DNA of 54,197 nucleotides, filler included, from Catajapyx aquilonaris (taxonomy: Eukaryota): NCBI GenBank assembly GCA_000934665.2. It is 2 parts of 2 records of this genome, joined end to end, with 100 filler letters (N's around TTAATTAATTAA, not from the genome) between each part and the next. Parts side by side here need not be neighbours in the genome. Positions count along the whole stretch, not along the records: positions 27,114 to 54,197 come from JYFJ02005130.1; 1 more part is not named here. The stretch is one strand, 5' to 3'. A model generated the notes under the pieces. It was not told the DNA's origin, did no database searches, and worked only from the letters and a program-made list of their open reading frames with translations. A program made the position numbers and the translations under genes. Positions 47,901 to 54,197 of the stretch are shown piece after piece; position 1 is the first letter of the stretch, and each line of letters opens with the position of its first letter.

Positions 47901-50900
47901 ATTATTCAACTCTCCGAGCATACAATATTATTATTATTTTGTTCTTATGAATCACAGAATTATTTAAAATCAGACTGGCTATCATTATACTACAGTAGTA
48001 CCTATACAGTAGTCTGGTTATTTCTTTTCGTTTCTTTACCTTGATAGAGCGGTGAAAGAATATTTCCCTATATATACCGCCGGATAATCTATAAAGCGGA
48101 ACGTGCATGTAGAATTTTTAGGGCTTCATCGTAGAACTGTGGAAAGAATAGAAATAAAGGCTCGTGTAATAATGTCATAATGCTGGGGAAGTTTAATATA
48201 TAAGTTATACTCTTATAACATCAATAGATAAGTCCTTCATGCTTCAATAATATATATATATATTGCCAGGGACAAACAGGTTGCTGAGAGCCGACATATG
48301 CAATAGGTCCGATGGAAGACACAACACAACTGTTCCAGTTTGCTTTTGACATGGAGAGTATAATGATTCATAAGTCTGTTTATCCAAGAAGACTCCATTA
48401 ATTTTTGTAAATGCGACGTACATTGTCATGTGCTTAAAATCCACTTAATTGTGTAAAGAATAGTGCACTTCAAGTGGGATAGAGGGGTACCTACAGTACA
48501 TTAGTATCAATACAAGGCAAACTGTGTGGCTCATACCGGTAAAGCAACTACGCTATAAAATGCTGCGCCGAAACATTATTTTAATGCCGAAATTAATATT
48601 GACAATAAGATCTTGCAGGATTAGAGATGGCGACGAGGTCAACAATGCCTGGCCTGGTCCTGTCATTTCTTTAAGATCCGATATACTGCCTTTGCCCTTG
48701 GAATAATAATTATAGAGATGGAATCACCGTGGATATAATATTATGCACACCTGATCCATATTTGCCTTGCGTTAAAATGAAGATCCTGGATGGACCACAT
48801 CACGAAGGCCAAAAATAATAGTCGCATCTCACTGGCCCCTTATTGGCAAGTGTATAATTATTCTCAGCCATTACACGCGCTTTATCATTATTTATTATTA
48901 TTTGTTACAACCGTCACACCGTCACACCGGGTATAATTTATTATAAGGGAGGGTCAGCATGCATCCCGGACGTGTGTAATCAACCTCCGTTCGAACATGA
49001 TAATATTATAGATCGTTGTTGAGACATCCTTCCGAGTGACACATAAACATTGAGGACAAGAGCAACCGGGTAACCATATACCTGGTCTCTGGGGTAAAGG
49101 AAGACAGCCTAAAAGCATGTATAGGCTGCCAACAGATTACTGGTACACACGCTAATAAATATTCCATCCTTCTACCATTCATTCAATTATTCATTCTTCA
49201 ATTCCCGTGCGAAGAACCTCCTAGTACGTATTAGTACCATATTATACAGTATTATCTGTTCTGAAGTGGGCAGACAATAGATCAACAAACTACGACACAA
49301 CAAACTACGTATGCACAAAAGTGTGACAACCTGAAAATGAGAGGTACAACTATACTTCGAATAAATCACCTACAAGTTTTGCGTAATTGTTCGCCGGTAA
49401 CCAGCAGTACAGTTTCCTTTGACTCATGAAGCATATATAGGGCCCCAATGAGGAAGTTTCAGAGATGTGCTGATTTAAAGAAATGTTACTGACTTGATAA
49501 TACACCGGAGTAAGGTCTGACGTTGACGTCGAGGAGAACCCCAAACTACGCCTCCTACTTCTGTACATATACACTTCCTCCTTGCGGGACATGCAGATTC
49601 TCCTTTTGATAACGTTGAACACAGACATATCATCAGACTAATATAAAAACATTCTGCCGAGTCAGCAGCAACCAGCTGCGATTCGTCCCCTGTTTTCTGT
49701 AGCATTATCATGACGTCCAGCAGTACTTAGCCTACTTGGCATGGCAGTAAAGTATCTCATGTAAGTGGCATCAGGTATAACCAGCAAAGCAATTCAGTGC
49801 AATAACATACTGTGCATGCCATTTTCATAATACGTTTTCCTAATTCGGTTGGACCATTTATCTCGCCAGGAACTCACCCTGCATATTGCGACCTTCCAGC
49901 ATCATCGGCCCATGCACTCTCATGCGCTGGAGGCTGCAACTTCATTTAGTGCTACTCAATTGCATGCCACTGACGGACGCAGATGCCAGACGATCTTTTT
50001 TCCTATGTCATAAATCGAGAGGACAAGATAGGAGAGGCATTGCGAATGTTAATGCGCCATGCTATTTTACCGAAGATCTGACATACTACTGCAAAATTAA
50101 AGTGACATTCCTGCTGCCGCGGTATTTTCTACCATGTGAATGAGCGATAATAGTTATAATATTAATAATAAACATATTCATTACCATTTCATACTTATTT
50201 TTTCGTATTATGTAAGGGTCGCTTTATCGGAGTAAGTGAAATGGCTATTGCACCTATATACTCCGATGAAGCCTAGATTGGAATTAACTTAGTATTCCTG
50301 TGGTGGAGACATGTCATCGGCTTTATCTTGATATCACTTGCATTTTAGATGTAATATACTGTACGTATAAAAATTATTTATACGTTATTATTTTATATAT
50401 TATAATATTACTGCCCTATATAGGAATGGGAGTGTTTCGGTTAGCGTAACGCTTATATGTGCGCCACAAATGATAGGATTTCAGTCCTGGTGTGAATGCT
50501 TCAGAAGACGTGGACGATTCTATCCTTTCTGCAACAATTGACCGACAAACCCGTAAGGCGACGACTAATGAGACAACTGAATAGGTATAGTGTGCATATA
50601 TGTCAAGGCAATAACACCAGAGCACAGCACCACGAATCCCGGCATGTTGCTCATTATTGCTTGCTATTTGCAAGGGTCAACAAGACCAGCATTTACATCA
50701 GTAATCATTCACGTAAACTGAAGCCTTCTATCCTGGTGGCACATGTTTTGATCATATTTTATCGCCCTTTGCACTGACTATATATTGAGCATCTTCCTAA
50801 CCCAAGTTAAGGTGACGGCCCCGTTTATGTATAACCATCAGTTTTTCAGTATCAGCAAATCAGTAGACAACATCTATTCTTGTTTATTGAAGTATACATC

Positions 50901-52688
50901 AAGAGACTGCGAGCAACAAGGCTGCTGTTTTCACAAGCTCGACATGATGAGGGGCGAGTCAAGTGCCAAAAACAAAATTTTACAGGGGAAGGTTTTTTTC
51001 ACATTCGTTCTAACAAGCTTTATAGGTATCGACATTATCGGATTTATATCTCGTGTATCGGATTATATTTCTAGTGCAACTGCATCAAAAAAGTGATTTC
51101 CCCCCAAAATTGCACTTGCATCGTTATGGAAGAGCACCCCTTTATAATTATATGAATCGCGTCCTCGGTCCTCCTATATACTGGTTAGATTGTTGCATGT
51201 CCAAGACGATGAAACAATGAGACGCACCAGAGTTGAGAATGAAAAAAAAACTGGATAAAACACAAGGAGTGGGACACTTCGCATTGGAAACATTGGTACC
51301 CATGAGCCAATACATTTGCTGCAGGGTTGTATATTATTCTCCTTAATCATTATTCGCATCAGAAAGGCAGCAATGCTGGTTGTGATGCTTCTTCGCCAGG
51401 GTAGATAACCATTTTAGAAGGCTCCAGAAGACGTGGATGTTGCTCACTCCCAGAGGACGGACACAATAATGTATATGGCGCTATGAAATCAGACAGAAGT
51501 CCACATCAGTCGACGAATCCTGCATGACTCTTTACTGCAGGTCATTTAGAGCTATTATGACCGCTCATCAAGACCTGTTTAATTTTTATACCATGCCAGT
51601 GAGAACGCGTTCGGGCCTCCACACGAGGTAGTACCAAGGAATATAATATCCAGGCCCGTGATCCAGGCACACAACTCATCGCGGGCCTCGCCGTCAACCT
51701 TGACTCCGACCTGGAGAAACTCATCAACCCCAGAGATTTATGCAGTCATTATATTCGTAAGATGGGATGAAGACACATTTCACGTGGACATTACACTATT
51801 GGTTCAGGCCACTTTTGACTTGCTGAGATTAGCTGCTTATCGTACTTCTCTTTCATATCATGCAGCTGTATTTTGCCAATGCCATCATTTTTTTCTGATG
51901 GCCAATTCGCGACATAGCTACGTATACTATACATCGGTGTCCAAATTTCTGAACGACCTGACACCAAACTGAAAGATTTTTCTTTCTCCAGAGTTCAATT
52001 TTCACAGTGTGGACTATTCGCGACCTTTTTGATTCTTTTGACTGCTTGTTATGGTGTTTGAGTCTAATCCCAGGTATTGTTTTATATGGTATTACACGGA
52101 GCTCAGTCAGTATAAGTATACCATCAGCTGATCAGCATCTTTGTCATTTTATTGAATACTCAGGGCGGACTAGAGGAGAGATGGTGATTTTAACGCAACT
52201 TGTTTTGAGTATTATCCATCTTTTTGCTATGGAAACCGACGTATCTGGCTGAGTTTCCGTTCAAGGGGTGAACACATTATTCAGGGATACAACTGAGATC
52301 GTGTTATACTGGTTTCAGAAGCCTTGTTACTGATGTAATAATATTATTTTCAACGTGAGTATAAAACATTTCGCAGGCGGTCCGCAACCGTAATTTTTAC
52401 ATAGTACTTAACAATATTTGATTTTTATACTTGATAATTATGCAATATAAAATCAAAATATTGTTACTATATGCAGATTCAATCATATTATTTCAGGTGT
52501 GGTGCAATTAGGCAACTGTATAGGCCGTGGCCGAAGTAATTATTGCGTCTGATGGGATTTTGCGCTTTTCTAATGAAATCTGGGATGAAGGCATAATTAG
52601 ACTACTTAAAGTAACGATGGTTGGCATATGCGTTACATGTTAATGAAGGAAGTCTCAGCCATAAATAATTATATGGGTCTACTCTGCG

Positions 52689-52690
<2 letters not shown>

Positions 52691-52771
<81 letters not shown>
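52691..52771. repeat. (CAT)27 microsatellite
   Basis: Directly visible; source of the spurious poly-D ORF. Confidence 0.97.
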
Positions 52772-54197
52772 TACGGTCGTTTCCAGACGTGTTCTGACTA
52801 ATATTACACAGTATAGTGCTGCAATGGCAATGCCACACAATGCCACAATATTATGCTATACCCAGGCTATACCGGAAGGGCGGAGTATACAGCACGGTGT
52901 GAAAGAGGCATAACGACATACTATCGTATTACAGGAGCTGGACCACATTGAGACCACATTCAAAGCACAATCCTCGACAACTCACAAGTATACTAATTAG
53001 TGCTACTCAGCTAACGAGTCAGATATAATAATCTGTTGCCATCGATGAATATATAGGATCTGAAATATTCTGTATAACTCTGTCCCCATTACATGCGCAA
53101 GGTCCAACTAGTTCATAATCAAACCAGTTTTATTAAATTGTCATTTTAAATAAGATTCTTAATGAATTATGTTAATTAATTACGCCGGTCTTGAAGGCAT
53201 CGATAATAACATTTTACTAATCGTAGAGTATAAGAGAAGTGAGCATTGGCCTTCTTCGGCAGATCCTCCTTTGCAAGCCATAATATTGCGTAGTATATAT
53301 AGAAGTCATCAAAGGTCGAATGTTCCTAATTGTCGAGCAAACTTATCAACCAACATTGGCTGTAGGCGAGGTTGTGACGCAATCCTTTGGGTGCGGTGAT
53401 AATATGCAACAATATTATTGCTGCTTCTCAGCCTCAGCATAGAATTTATCTTCTAAAACGTAATATGTAGAACAACTAAGAGGCATATTATACTGCGTCG
53501 CGACATCATATATTTGTAACCCCATGAACAAGGAGAATTAATTCCCAGGCAACACAAGAGAACGTGTCACATCAACTCACCGGGTTTAAGTGACCCTTCA
53601 CCTGAATTGTGAATATATTTATGTTGAGCTCTGAATAATATTATGTCCCGAGTCTGATATGGCTTCCGGTGGAGACGACATGTCATTATGGCGCCGAAAC
53701 CAGTCATGGCCAGCACATCATTCTATTCAGGTTATCGATATGTGATGAGGTCAGCTGTGCCCATATTCTTTGATACCTTGAGGACCCGAAGCTCATAATA
53801 TGACAAGTATAAGGCGTTCCAAAAAGCAGGGACCAGTGTTGTAGTCTGGAAGGGAGGTTCTCTGCTGGAATGTACGTAGGCCTACTATATAATTATACGA
53901 CTATACCAATAATTATCACAAAAACTAATTCCCTACGGAATTGTAAAAAAAAGGAAAGTAAGATCCAAGTAACGGATAGAAATTACTGAAACAAGACTGG
54001 GCTGCGTAAGATCTTCAACCTTATGGATAAATGTAACCCAGAGATCTTACTTCCGCATTTTACACAATAATTAGGTTTGTAGTATGGTGATGATCAAAGC
54101 GCCTTTGTCCATCAGCCATCCTAATGCTAATAAGCCAATCTGTGGACCATTAAACATTCAAGCTACTCCAGTAAATCGATGAACAAATTAATTAATT

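Noticed and set aside
52602..52838. Poly-Asp ORF
   Set aside because: Translation of a (CAT)n microsatellite with no splice or domain support.

Overview
Eukaryotic (animal, probably arthropod-like invertebrate; inferred from protein sequences and DRE motifs) genomic DNA with spliced genes, so most entries in the ORF track are spurious. Genes assembled by hand from splice signals: the first two coding exons of NOL11 (minus) head-to-head with a complete BORCS8/MEF2BNB (plus); a complete Rho GDP-dissociation inhibitor gene (plus, one GC-AG intron); the last coding exon of archease/ZBTB8OS (plus; upstream exons not found, probably lost at the artificial 100-bp gap 27014-27113); and a divergent cytoplasmic poly(A)-binding-protein paralogue (minus) with four RRMs, a Q28/His/Tyr-rich low-complexity tail and no detectable MLLE domain. 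An orphan ORF with an internal repeat runs into the gap. From about 41 kb to the end there is no intact gene, only decayed ankyrin-repeat sequence. Introns and intergenic DNA carry mariner relics, hAT/piggyBac/pogo-type MITEs and at least three tRNA-derived SINE families. Most notable: the MLLE-less polyQ PABP, a covarying 3' stem-loop shared by different SINE families, and two abutting perfect spacer-less palindromes at 44842-44948.
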